From Ferroacidibacillus organovorans (lineage in GTDB: Bacteria; Bacillota; Bacilli; Alicyclobacillales; SLC66), in the NCBI RefSeq assembly GCF_001642725.1, contig NZ_LSUQ01000013.1, forward strand, positions 1-55,329: 55,329 nucleotides of DNA, read 5' to 3'. The first letter of the stretch is position 1, and every line of letters begins with the position of its first letter. Below, piece by piece: positions 9,017 to 18,533 of the stretch. Made by a program: the position numbers and the translations under genes. The notes beneath the pieces were generated by a model. It made no database searches and was not told where the DNA came from. It was given only the letters and a program-made list of their open reading frames with translations.

Positions 9017-9742
9017 CTATCTCGCGATCGTATGATGCCGCATGTCCCTCTTTACGACGCTGGCGGCGCTTCTCAACTGTTCTTCGCTCGCAGGGGAGAG
9101 TTCGAGTGCAACAGATAGCTTATGCAGGGTACGCAGCGGATCGTCGAGCAGCGTGTGATAATCGATGATCGTGGCCTCGTCCCAAGCGGTATCCCCTTGA
9201 TCGGCGCGCGTTTGCGAGACAAGGGCGAGGTGTGCGTGGATCGCGTTCATGTGTAACTGCCAGAGGGCGAGGGATTTCTCCTGCGCGAAACCGTCGCGCA
9301 CGGCGAGGGATGCGGCGACTTCGTGGGGGTTGCGGGTCATGACGACGTAGCGCGCGTCGAGGTCGAGCGTCTCGATCAGTCTCGCCCAAAGCGGCAGCAG
9401 CAGGCAGGTGCGCGGGTCTTTGAACGCGAACACGTCGGTGTTCTGAAACTCATACGCGATGAGCATGGTCATGATCCCTAGTGCTTCGTTCGCTATGTCG
9501 GTCTCCCACCACGCGTCGGGCATGGGTTCCGTGCTGTGCCAGGTTCGCCCTATCGTTTGCAAGAGGCTTTCCTGCACAATCACCAGGTTCTCATTCTCAA
9601 AGTAGCCGTCCGGGTTGTCTGCCGCCCCTTTTAGCGTCACGCCGAGGGGCACGCCGAGTCTGTGAATCATGTGGGTGAGCACGGACGTCCCGCTGCGGTG
9701 CATCCCGAGAATGAGAATGAGCTTTTGTTTGGCGTTTGGCAT
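9017..9742 (-). CDS. Sulfotransferase family protein
   Basis: ILGMHRSGTS PAPS-binding loop, NPDGYFE, KDPR, RNPHEVAASL. Confidence 0.8.
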   Translation of the reverse strand: MPNAKQKLILILGMHRSGTSVLTHMIHRLGVPLGVTLKGAADNPDGYFENENLVIVQESLLQTIGRTWHSTEPMPDAWWETDIANEALGIMTMLIAYEFQNTDVFAFKDPRTCLLLPLWARLIETLDLDARYVVMTRNPHEVAASLAVRDGFAQEKSLALWQLHMNAIHAHLALVSQTRADQGDTAWDEATIIDYHTLLDDPLRTLHKLSVALELSPASEEQLRSAASVVKRDMRHHTIAR

Positions 9743-9804
9743 CTGCGATTTCCTTTCCCCTATCGCGCAACGGCGAACTCGCGCGGCTGCGTGATAAACC
9801 CCTT

Positions 9805-9861
9805 CCTATACCTGCAAACACATCCTGATCCTGCAAGCTTATCCTAAACCTGCAAGCTTTA
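9805..9861. repeat. Three imperfect 19-bp tandem repeats in a divergent promoter region
   Basis: CCTATACCTGCAAACACAT / CCTGATCCTGCAAGCTTAT / CCTAAACCTGCAAGCTTTA. Confidence 0.75.
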
Positions 9862-9977
9862 AAAAAGATTAAAATTTTCTAAGCCTTGAAACCTACCGAA
9901 GATTTTCATCGTCTTTTCATATGCTTGGTGTTCCCTTTTGGTATGTTCAACCAAAGCATAAACACGGAGGATATTTC

Positions 9978-11942
9978 ATGCATCGAAATAAACGTACCGT
10001 TACATCCCTTTCCATCGCGCTTTCCCTCGCGTCCGCTCTCCCGCTCGTCTCGATGCAATCGCAAAACGCGTTTGCCAATTCCTCTGCGTCCTCTCCCTCT
10101 GTGACGTCCGCCACCTACGGAACGGCCACAGGTGCGCCCGCCCCGACGATCGCGCCGACAGGAACGACAACAGGGACGACCACGACCTCGCCCAGCAGTG
10201 GAGGGTCATCGAGTAGTACAGGCACGTCCCCCTCATCGCCTGGCGGTTCGGGTTCGACGCTTACTTCACCGTCGTCGACTTTGACCCCACCCTCGTCCGG
10301 CACAAGTGTGATCACAAGCACACCGTCCACGCCTGTCAACCCGGTTACCGGCGCGCCGATTCTCTCCGGCAGTCAGGGCAACCCGTCGGCAAATGGTTTA
10401 TCGTCTTCTACAGGCGCGGCGCCACTCGTCAATTTCGCGCATGTCGGGTCTGTTTCGTGGACCTCAAATGGACCGGCCGACGCGCAGTTTCAGAAGCTTG
10501 AAAAGCGCTACGACGCGAAGTTGCTTGGCAATCCGCACTGGCACGGCTTTCTCAACCAAGAGGGCCGCACGATCACGGTAAACCTCTATTATTTGCATAC
10601 GATCAACGGCCTGTCGATCCAGATGGAACAGGACCCAAAGGCGGGCATTTTCTACCCGTCCCACGTTGACTTCGAGGTCAATCTGTATGGCAAGTGGTAC
10701 ATGCTCGGCTCCGTGCCGACGAAGATTCCGCAGAGCGCGAGCGGCAACTCGACGCAGTGGTTCGCCGTGCAGACACACAACTTGCAGGCGAGTGAGTTTC
10801 GTATCGTGTTCCCCGTGACCAACTGGGTGTTCACGCGCAATCTCGGCATCTGGGGGAGTGACTTCTCCGTCCCCACGTCGCAATCGCTGCCGAATCTGCC
10901 GCAAGTGCCGAAACCGTTCACTCAGATGATGTCCATCTTTGATCCGCGCTCTGCGGGGATTCGCAACATGATGCTCGCGTACAGCGGAAGCTACGGACAG
11001 ATGGGGACGTGGACGACGAAAGATTTCCTGCCTGTCACATCGTACCTGCTGCAAAACGGGCAGATCGGCGGGCGGCTGTTTGACACGGTACTCTTTCTTC
11101 CGTATACCCTCGCGCAAAACCAGCAGGCGTGGCTGAGCTATCTCAATAATCTGTTCGCCAAAAATGAGCAGTTGAGCGCGCTCAACCAAGCGATGGTAAA
11201 GACGGATCAGGGCATGAACAAGTTTGGGTACAACCCATACCCAAAGGAAAAAGTGGTAATCGCGCTACCGTATCCGTCATACCATTCAGGAGCGTGGGGG
11301 CTTTTGGGCGGACAGATCCTCTCGTTTACGCCGACGCCGTCTGATCCAGGGAGTGTCGCGAACCGCCTGACGGCGATCCAGTGGTATCTGAATACGTTCC
11401 TCGCGAAGTGGAAGCAGGCTGGATTCAGCAATCTATCCCTCACCGGATTCTATTTGAACGATGAGACGGTGCACTACACGTTCCCCGGCGAGGTGAACCT
11501 GATTCAGGGTACGAGCCAGATGGTGCAGAAGGCGGGCTACCCGCTCTTTTGGATTCCCTTTTATGACGCGGGTGGGATCGAGGACTGGCAGAGTCTCGGC
11601 ATTAACGCCGCGTGGATTCAGCCGAACTATGCGATTCAAGGCAAGGCGGCGCCCGCAGGCCGGGTTGCCAATACGGTGCAGCTCGCCAAAGACAACGGGA
11701 TGGGCGTGGAGCTTGAACTGCCGACGGCGGCGCTGACCAGCCCCCTCTATCGGAATCTGTATCTCTCCAGTCTCCAACAGTTCCAGCAGGCGGGGGCGGC
11801 GGGCTCGGTGTCGCACGCGATGTATGCGGGATCGAAGGTTTTGACGCAGGCGGCCTACTCGACGAATCCGGCGGTGCGCGCGCTCTACGATCAAACGTAC
11901 GCGTTTCTCGCCAATCAATCGAATGGGGCGCAGGTGAATTGA
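9978..11942 (+). CDS. Secreted protein: Ser/Thr/Pro linker, discoidin-like beta domain, DUF4855-like putative glycoside hydrolase barrel
   Basis: ATG after GGAGG; signal peptide ending AFA; LFDTVLFL, VVIALPYP, LFWIPFY, QPNY, MGVELE motifs. Confidence 0.65.
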   Translation: MHRNKRTVTSLSIALSLASALPLVSMQSQNAFANSSASSPSVTSATYGTATGAPAPTIAPTGTTTGTTTTSPSSGGSSSSTGTSPSSPGGSGSTLTSPSSTLTPPSSGTSVITSTPSTPVNPVTGAPILSGSQGNPSANGLSSSTGAAPLVNFAHVGSVSWTSNGPADAQFQKLEKRYDAKLLGNPHWHGFLNQEGRTITVNLYYLHTINGLSIQMEQDPKAGIFYPSHVDFEVNLYGKWYMLGSVPTKIPQSASGNSTQWFAVQTHNLQASEFRIVFPVTNWVFTRNLGIWGSDFSVPTSQSLPNLPQVPKPFTQMMSIFDPRSAGIRNMMLAYSGSYGQMGTWTTKDFLPVTSYLLQNGQIGGRLFDTVLFLPYTLAQNQQAWLSYLNNLFAKNEQLSALNQAMVKTDQGMNKFGYNPYPKEKVVIALPYPSYHSGAWGLLGGQILSFTPTPSDPGSVANRLTAIQWYLNTFLAKWKQAGFSNLSLTGFYLNDETVHYTFPGEVNLIQGTSQMVQKAGYPLFWIPFYDAGGIEDWQSLGINAAWIQPNYAIQGKAAPAGRVANTVQLAKDNGMGVELELPTAALTSPLYRNLYLSSLQQFQQAGAAGSVSHAMYAGSKVLTQAAYSTNPAVRALYDQTYAFLANQSNGAQVN

Positions 11943-12098
11943 GCGGAGGCTCGCGGCAGTGAGGTGGATGCGCACGCTTTATGATGTGCCGAAAATTGTC
12001 ACTGCCGCAGGGCGACCCCCAAAAAAGGATAGGGGTGCCACGAAAGCATTCGTAGAGACTTGAGAGAGTCCAAGAATCTTTCTGAGGGAGTGTCACCA

Positions 12099-13742
12099 AT
12101 GAATCAACGATTTGGCAAATTAGCATCAGGTTTGAGTGCGGCAACGCTCGTGCTCGGAATGGTCGCAGTGCCGACCGCAGCTTTCGCAAAAGAAAAACAT
12201 ACGGTTAAGTCACACGCTACGAAGTATATGGATCACCACAAATCGAAGAAAGATCACGGCGATGGAAATGGAAATGGAAATGGAAACAGCAATTTTGGCG
12301 GAGGCTTTTATGGAAGCGGTTGGCTCACATTGCCGACGCTCCCCACACCGCCGACACCGCCGGCTGGGCAAGTACCACCTGTGGGGCCGACGCCACCGAT
12401 TGGAACAACGCCGCCACCTGTTAACTTGGGCGCGGGTGGCCTTGCTTGGGTGGAGGATGGCAAGGCGCCGAAACACGGCGGGGACAACCACTGGGGCGGC
12501 AGGTTTGGACGGTATGACGCGACGGTGCTGGTCAGTCTGATGCAGCGGGCGGAAAACTACTATGATCCGATCGTGACGGCAGAAGTGCAGAAGGTTCAGG
12601 CGGAACTGCAGAGCATCTCGGCGACGGTGAGCGCGTCGGCAACGGTGGCGGCAACCGCGTCGGAACTCACGGTCAATCAGCAGATTCAACAGTTGGCAAC
12701 GCAGATCAGCACGGAGACGGATCCGCAGGCGCTCGCGGCGGATGTACAGCAGTTGGAGCAATTGGCAAGCCAACTCCACGATATGGTGCAATCGGAAGAT
12801 AACCAGGATAACTCGGGAACGCTCCAGGCGGATGCGCAGCGTCTGCAGGATGTGCAGGATCAGTATGTCCGGGTGCTTACGAATCTCAAAGACGTGTTGG
12901 CGCGTCTGCAAGCGGGCGGCTACTCGCGCGGCGACTTGCACGAGGCGTACGGTGTGCTTCGCGAATACAGCAGTGTCAGCATCAACGATGTGCGCATGTT
13001 AGAGCGGATTGACATGCAGCTCGCCATGTACGCGGGGCAGTCGGGAACGGCCACGACGGGTACGACGACGGGCACTACGACCACGACGGGTACCACGACA
13101 GGTACGACTACCGCGACGTCCGGGAGCACGGTGACGCTCTCGACCGGAACGGTGACGGCGGGTCAAGCCGTGAATGTCTCGGGCACGGTGTATGACGCGA
13201 ACGGATCTGTGGTTGCCAATGCGCCTGTGGTTGTGACGTTTGACGGGATTACGGCGACGGGCACGACGAATCTGAGCGGCCAATACGCAGTATCGGTGAC
13301 GCCGACTGCGGCGGTTACGAACAGTGCGGTAGCGGTTGTCGCGGCTGGCAGCACGATCAGCACGGCGGCTGACGTCGCGAGTGTGACGGCGGGCGCTCCG
13401 GCGATCCTCCGAAGCAATGACACGTCGGTGGAATCTGTTCAGGCGAACAATGCGCAGCCACTCATCACGTATCAGTTGCTTGACGCGTATGGCAACCCGG
13501 TTTCCGGGCAGACGATCAACTTTGCGGTGCGTCAAGCGGTCGGATCGACCACGGAGGCGAGCAATGAAGTGACCGAGGCGGCAGGCAGCCTGTCTGCGCC
13601 GAGCGCTGTGACGAATGCGCAAGGCCAGGCAACAGTGACCTACACGGCGAGCGCGACGGCTGACGCGGATGGCGATCTGCTTGACACCATCGTCGCGACG
13701 AACAACAACCTCTCGAACACGAGTGCGCAGTTCAGCTATTAA
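12099..13742 (+). CDS. Secreted surface protein with Pro-rich, coiled-coil, Thr-rich and C-terminal Ig-like (Big_1-type) regions
   Basis: Signal peptide ending AFA; GN and TTTG low-complexity repeats; DAYGNPVSGQTINF and TNAQGQATVTYT invasin-like Ig motifs. Confidence 0.7.
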   Translation: MNQRFGKLASGLSAATLVLGMVAVPTAAFAKEKHTVKSHATKYMDHHKSKKDHGDGNGNGNGNSNFGGGFYGSGWLTLPTLPTPPTPPAGQVPPVGPTPPIGTTPPPVNLGAGGLAWVEDGKAPKHGGDNHWGGRFGRYDATVLVSLMQRAENYYDPIVTAEVQKVQAELQSISATVSASATVAATASELTVNQQIQQLATQISTETDPQALAADVQQLEQLASQLHDMVQSEDNQDNSGTLQADAQRLQDVQDQYVRVLTNLKDVLARLQAGGYSRGDLHEAYGVLREYSSVSINDVRMLERIDMQLAMYAGQSGTATTGTTTGTTTTTGTTTGTTTATSGSTVTLSTGTVTAGQAVNVSGTVYDANGSVVANAPVVVTFDGITATGTTNLSGQYAVSVTPTAAVTNSAVAVVAAGSTISTAADVASVTAGAPAILRSNDTSVESVQANNAQPLITYQLLDAYGNPVSGQTINFAVRQAVGSTTEASNEVTEAAGSLSAPSAVTNAQGQATVTYTASATADADGDLLDTIVATNNNLSNTSAQFSY

Positions 13743-13794
13743 AGGAAGCGAATGTGCGTGTGCGTGTGAGCATGCATGGCAGTGCGTAGATCAG

Positions 13795-13830
13795 GAAGGG
13801 GCTCCCGAGATCGCTCGGGGGCCTCTTTTT
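13795..13830 (+). terminator. Rho-independent terminator
   Basis: GGGGCTCCCGAG-loop-CTCGGGGGCCTC followed by TTTTT. Confidence 0.7.
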
Positions 13831-13914
13831 AACAAGCGCACAGGCTTTTTAGTGTGTGGTTGATATAATGGGTATAACGGTTTGAAACGGGGATAGAAAT
13901 AGGGGGAGTGAGCG

Positions 13915-14187
13915 ATGTCAACTGGAGTTGAACCTATGGATAGAGTTCATCGTAAAATAACGAGGATTGGGAATAGCCTGGGCGTTACATTCGCAAAGGA
14001 TTCACTGCGAAAACTGAATTTAAACTTAGGGGACGATGTTGATATCATCGTGAATGAAAAAGCAGGTGAAATTGTGATTCGCAAGGCGATTTCGCTTCCT
14101 CAAGGGCTTGATCCAGCATTCTTTGAAACGCTGGAAACAAACGCAAATCGCTATCGTCAGACGATTGAAGGATTGAAGGATCGATGA
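13915..14187 (+). CDS. AbrB/MazE-family antitoxin
   Basis: RKITRIGNSLGVT motif; ATGA overlap with the toxin gene. Confidence 0.85.
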   Translation: MSTGVEPMDRVHRKITRIGNSLGVTFAKDSLRKLNLNLGDDVDIIVNEKAGEIVIRKAISLPQGLDPAFFETLETNANRYRQTIEGLKDR

Positions 14188-14606
14188 TCAAGTATCTAAC
14201 CCCCGAAGAGGTCATTGCGATTCATCTCTATGTAATTCATGAATTTTCTCCGGGTGAGCAGAGTGGTGTAGCGTTTCCAGACATGCTCGATTCTGCGATC
14301 CATCGACCTAGACATTCAGCTTTCGGTGAAGATGCATATCCTGGAATATTTGAAAAAGCGGCTGCATTGTTTGCGTCGCTCGCACAAAATCATGCTTTTC
14401 ACAATGCAAACAAAAGAACGGCCTTTCTCTCGTTGCTACAGTTTCTTAGTTATAACGGATATGTTTTTTTGATGGATCAAAATATGAGGTTATTCGCGAT
14501 GACATTGGACAGCAAAAGGTCGTTCCTTTTCATGGCTAACCATCCTCTGATATTGGGAGAGTGTCGAACTTCACGAGAACATGCACAACATTACATCAAA
14601 TCATGA
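14184..14606 (+). CDS. doc: Doc/Fic family toxin, C-terminus possibly aberrant
   Basis: HAFHNANKRT Fic motif and FGEDAYP..FEKAAAL. Sequence after about 14480 no longer resembles Doc and overlaps a convergent gene. Confidence 0.8.
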   Translation: MIKYLTPEEVIAIHLYVIHEFSPGEQSGVAFPDMLDSAIHRPRHSAFGEDAYPGIFEKAAALFASLAQNHAFHNANKRTAFLSLLQFLSYNGYVFLMDQNMRLFAMTLDSKRSFLFMANHPLILGECRTSREHAQHYIKS

Positions 14607-14920
14607 ATTTCGATTCCCGTCCGCAGGATTTCGTCAACGATGCCAAGACGCTCCTCAAGTTCCTTGTTCGTAAAAGCTAAGGGTTCTATATCGACTGGGT
14701 ATTCCATGGCGTACCGCAATAAATAGGTAATTCCTTCTACTCGTGACATGGACTCGAAGTGGTTGGAGAAAATAGCGAGATCGACATCGCTTTCTGAATT
14801 AAAATCTCCCTTCGCAAAGGAGCCAAATAGAATTGCTTTGCTCACGGGTATCTGACGTTTTATTTTCTCTAGATAGTCGACGATGGTTAACTTTATTTCT
14901 TGAGGGACATGACCGTCCAA
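14591..14920 (-). CDS. Minimal nucleotidyltransferase (MNT), no HEPN partner seen
   Basis: ILFGSFAKG....SDVDLAI polymerase-beta motif; start uncertain. Confidence 0.8.
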   Translation of the reverse strand: MDGHVPQEIKLTIVDYLEKIKRQIPVSKAILFGSFAKGDFNSESDVDLAIFSNHFESMSRVEGITYLLRYAMEYPVDIEPLAFTNKELEERLGIVDEILRTGIEIHDLM

Positions 14921-15081
14921 TGCCAGTGTGGGTTCCTCCGATCATCTTTGTCATCACTTTTAATGCTAAGTATACACTTGTTAATGCTCATTGAGTTCAG
15001 AAACTGAGGATTCCGTGTGCGAGTAGGGGGGCAATAATATATAATGAACGTACATATTTTGTGTTCTAAAGGGGAGGTTCT

Positions 15082-15264
15082 ATGAGCGCGACTGTCAATC
15101 GACTTGTGGAGGAATTCAAGAGACTGTCTGACGAAGAAAAGCGGGAAATGATTGAGAAGCTTGAGGCAGAGGAATTTTACCGTCAGGTTCTTCAATATTC
15201 ACTGCGTGACTGGGATTATGCAAAGGACGATGCCTACAATGACCTATTTAAACCGTTAGGGTGA
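15082..15264 (+). CDS. Small acidic antitoxin-like protein, orphan
   Basis: Strong RBS GGGGAGG; ends WDYAKDDAYNDL, a tail seen in small antitoxins upstream of MazF/PemK genes; no toxin ORF follows. Confidence 0.5.
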   Translation: MSATVNRLVEEFKRLSDEEKREMIEKLEAEEFYRQVLQYSLRDWDYAKDDAYNDLFKPLG

Positions 15265-15290
15265 AGTGAGACCGCCGCGCAGTGCGGCGA

Positions 15291-16946
15291 TCACTGATCC
15301 TGAATGCCGAGCATCTGGTGTGTGCTGTTCAGCAGACTCGCCGGCGGGTTGAACCACTGCGGCTGTGTGAGAAAGAGATCGCCGGGGCCGGGATACTGCT
15401 CGCCGGCGGACGTCAGGATGTACTCGCGCGACCAGGTCGGGTCGAAGTACACCCACGCGCCGCTTATCCACGAGCGATTCCAGGCGTGTCCGGTGTTGCC
15501 GTTGTCAACCTGCGGTGACGCCGCGTCGTTCGCGTAGCCGACGACCATCTCTGTCGGGATGCCGAGCGCGCGCAGCATGGCGTCTGCGACGTTCGCGTAG
15601 TCCACGCAGATGCCTGAGCGCGTCGCGAGCGTTTCTTCTGTCGTGCTCCAGCCATAGCCGCCATTTTTGAGCAGCGGCCCGTTGTAGCCGATGTGGTTCA
15701 TCTCCCAAGTATAGACCGCTTGCGCCTTCGCAAGTGGTGTCGCGGCGCCTGCCGTGATCTGTTTTGCCAGCGCTTGCACAGATGGGTCGAGCCAGTTTGC
15801 CCACGCGGAGGCGAGCATGCCGAGCTGTTGATCGCTGTCCTGACCGCTGTAGGTGAGTGTGAACGGAGCCGTGACCGACTGGTGCGCCGTGTCAAACGTG
15901 TAGGTGAGCGACGTCATCTTGGTCGTCAGCGGCGGTGCAGCCTGCACTTGATAGGTGTCGGCGGGAAACGGGACGTGCAGTAAAACGCTGAAGCTTCCGT
16001 TTGCCGCGACAGGAACGTCGTAGATCCACTGCGCGGATTGGCCTGTCGCGTCGCCCGACTCGTTGATCTCTACCCACACAGAGGTCAGTGGCGCGCTGTG
16101 CGCGACAACGTGTCCCGTCGCGTAGACTTGCGGCAGCGCGGGATTGTAGAAAACGCTCGTGAGATCGACGAGCGGATGCACCCCTTTCGCGGGCGCGGCG
16201 ATGGTCGCCTGGCGCAGTGATTTGTTCGCTGTGAGCGCAGCCGTTGTCGGCGCAATCGAAAAGACAAGCTCGCCGCTTGCCGGCGTGCCGGGCAGTGCAT
16301 AAGGTGTCACGTAAGGGGTCGGCTTTGTGATTTTCTTGGGAACGTAAGCCACCCTTTTCTGCTGTGCGATTGTCTGCCGAACGCGCGCGGCGAGGAATGG
16401 AAGTTCTGCCTGTGTCGCATACAGCGGGGCGTTCGCGGTGATCCAGCCTGAGCGCTTGGCAAACGTCAGCGGCGCGAGTCCCTTGGTTGATACACCGAGC
16501 ATTCTAATCAGTCCGGTTACCGCCGTCTGTTGCGTCACGCGATCGCTAAATCCAAAGTGTTGCGCGTGATCAGCCAGCGTGAGGTGCGCCTCGATCGCTT
16601 GTGTCACGAGTGCGGCGAGCGAGAATGGCACATCTGCGAAGTGAAACGGGCGTACCGTTTTTGCGGTGCGGTGCGCAAAGGTGTGCATCGCCCACTGCAC
16701 GAACGCGCCTTTGGTCAGCATTACAGGTCGCGCAGCGACGAGCATTTTTCGAGTTGTCGCATGCGTGTGCGCAGGCAGCTGTGTGACCGTGCGGGCGTAG
16801 GTCATTGTTCGCGCGACCGCGTGCGAGCGAGTCACAGGTAGTGTCTGTGCAAACGCGCCGACAGGGCTGCCGAGGGCGAGGCCGAGCGCGGCGAAGGAAG
16901 AGATAAAGGTGTGATTTTTTCTTGGTGTCCGAACGCGCGCGGTCAT
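15291..16946 (-). CDS. Secreted transglutaminase-like (cysteine protease fold) protein
   Basis: Signal peptide ending AFA; catalytic triad GICVDYA / GHAWN / FDPTW; ATG 16946 after AAGGAGG. Confidence 0.8.
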   Translation of the reverse strand: MTARVRTPRKNHTFISSFAALGLALGSPVGAFAQTLPVTRSHAVARTMTYARTVTQLPAHTHATTRKMLVAARPVMLTKGAFVQWAMHTFAHRTAKTVRPFHFADVPFSLAALVTQAIEAHLTLADHAQHFGFSDRVTQQTAVTGLIRMLGVSTKGLAPLTFAKRSGWITANAPLYATQAELPFLAARVRQTIAQQKRVAYVPKKITKPTPYVTPYALPGTPASGELVFSIAPTTAALTANKSLRQATIAAPAKGVHPLVDLTSVFYNPALPQVYATGHVVAHSAPLTSVWVEINESGDATGQSAQWIYDVPVAANGSFSVLLHVPFPADTYQVQAAPPLTTKMTSLTYTFDTAHQSVTAPFTLTYSGQDSDQQLGMLASAWANWLDPSVQALAKQITAGAATPLAKAQAVYTWEMNHIGYNGPLLKNGGYGWSTTEETLATRSGICVDYANVADAMLRALGIPTEMVVGYANDAASPQVDNGNTGHAWNRSWISGAWVYFDPTWSREYILTSAGEQYPGPGDLFLTQPQWFNPPASLLNSTHQMLGIQDQ

Positions 16947-17031
16947 ACGGTCGCCCCTCCTTTTCCGAGTCATCTAGTAGGATGATCTTAGCACGTCGCG
17001 CGCGCGTTTTGGTCTGTCAGTTTATGGGCAT

Positions 17032-17062
17032 AAAAAACAAAAAGCCCGTCCGAAGACGGGGT
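17032..17062 (-). terminator. Terminator of the cold-shock gene
   Basis: CCCGTC-TTCG-GACGGG then TTTTGTTTTTT on minus. Confidence 0.75.
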
Positions 17063-17089
17063 GTACATTTCATTTGCATAAGAGATGGA

Positions 17090-17287
17090 TTAAAGCTTGT
17101 TTACATTGGCTGCTTGCGGACCGCGCTGTCCTTCAACAATATCGAATTCGACTTGTTGACCTTCTTCGAGCGTGCGGTATCCGTCGCCGCTGATCGCGGT
17201 GTAGTGGACGAAAACATCGTTTCCGCCATCGACACGGATAAATCCGTAGCCTTTTTCGCTATTGAACCATTTAACGACACCTTGCAC
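17090..17287 (-). CDS. Cold-shock protein (CspA family)
   Basis: [13 protein letters not shown] (RNP1), DVFVHY (RNP2), GPQAANV. Confidence 0.95.
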   Translation of the reverse strand: MQGVVKWFNSEKGYGFIRVDGGNDVFVHYTAISGDGYRTLEEGQQVEFDIVEGQRGPQAANVNKL

Positions 17288-17483
17288 TAAGAAATCCCCC
17301 TACGGAAAGTACAACCTACGTACTTATTTAGATGTAGTCTCTCACAAACCATATCATTTTGGCAAGATACTGTCAATTACCGAAACCAATAAATTTCCAT
17401 TGATCCTTCAACATCCTTCTACTATCCTATGATAGGTTATGGATAAGAAGATTACACAGTATGGTGCAAAGGAGTTCTCTTTC

Positions 17484-18467
17484 ATGCGAAAGTTGACGAA
17501 AAACGCGCTCGGATACTCGACCGGACTGATCGCGGGTGTCGCGCTGTTTGGCGGCGTCACGTTTGCGAGCACGGGTGTTCGCTCGATTCTCGCGGAATAC
17601 GCGAACATTGGCATCAACGTCGGCGGGCGCACGATTCACACCAGTGCGCAACCTTTCATTTATAACAAGAACGTGTACGTCCCGATCAGCACGATTGCGA
17701 TTGGACTTCACGCGACGGCAACGTGGAACGGACCGAAAAAGAGTGTTGAAGTCGGCGCGCCTTTTGTGCCGCAGGTTCAGACGGGAATGCTTACGTACTA
17801 TGGTTTACCCGTTTATAGCGGAACGCATACGGTCACGCTCAATCAGCAGCAAGACATCGCGGCGTACGCGCTGGCGGCGATTGCTAACTTGCCTTTCTAC
17901 AATGATACGCGCACAAACACGGTCTATATCGGGAAGGGGCCAGCGTCTGGTCTCCCGCTGAGCGCATTTTACGATGTGCACGATGTGGGCGATTATGCGC
18001 GCTCGTTTAACGGTGGGATCGGGCCGATCTACGGGTGGAGTCAGGGTGCCCCGCAGATCGCTGGACAGACGTATAACAACCTCGATTCGCTCGTGTGGGG
18101 TACGGCGTCAAGCGGCCCTTCGCAGGTTCCGGGCGTCACGTATGCGATGAATGGAAACTTCACGTCGATGACGGGGATGTTCGGGCTCGATGACGCGTCG
18201 GATGGGCATGAGGCGGTGCAACTCACGATCTCTGGGGACACGGGCAACGGGACGATGAAGACGCTTTATCAATCGCCATGGATGAAGCGCGGCGTGGCGG
18301 CGACGCCAGTCTCCGTGGATTTGACGGGCATGAAGCTTGTCAACGTGTCGTTTAGTGTGGAGGCGCTGCAGAAAAACGGTTCTGCGGGTACGGTGTATCA
18401 AGCGGGACAGACGTTGCCATCTGGCATGATTACGGACATCGACTTTGCAAATGTGCGCGTCCACTGA
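17484..18467 (+). CDS. Secreted protein with copper-amine-oxidase-N-like stalk domain and C-terminal NPCBM/NEW2-like domain
   Basis: Signal peptide; PFIYNKNVYVPI; FTSMTGMFGLDD...VSVDLTG. Confidence 0.6.
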   Translation: MRKLTKNALGYSTGLIAGVALFGGVTFASTGVRSILAEYANIGINVGGRTIHTSAQPFIYNKNVYVPISTIAIGLHATATWNGPKKSVEVGAPFVPQVQTGMLTYYGLPVYSGTHTVTLNQQQDIAAYALAAIANLPFYNDTRTNTVYIGKGPASGLPLSAFYDVHDVGDYARSFNGGIGPIYGWSQGAPQIAGQTYNNLDSLVWGTASSGPSQVPGVTYAMNGNFTSMTGMFGLDDASDGHEAVQLTISGDTGNGTMKTLYQSPWMKRGVAATPVSVDLTGMKLVNVSFSVEALQKNGSAGTVYQAGQTLPSGMITDIDFANVRVH

Positions 18468-18533
18468 CGTGCCTGAATCGAATCTGGTCGATTACTTGGC
18501 TTATTGATTTGAAACGAGAGGGGAAAACGTTCT

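Noticed and set aside
9805..9861. CRISPR array
   Set aside because: Units are 19 bp and contiguous, with no unique spacers and no cas genes in the window.
12263..12287. GGAAAT microsatellite as a phase-variation switch
   Set aside because: The 6-bp unit preserves frame and simply encodes a GN linker.
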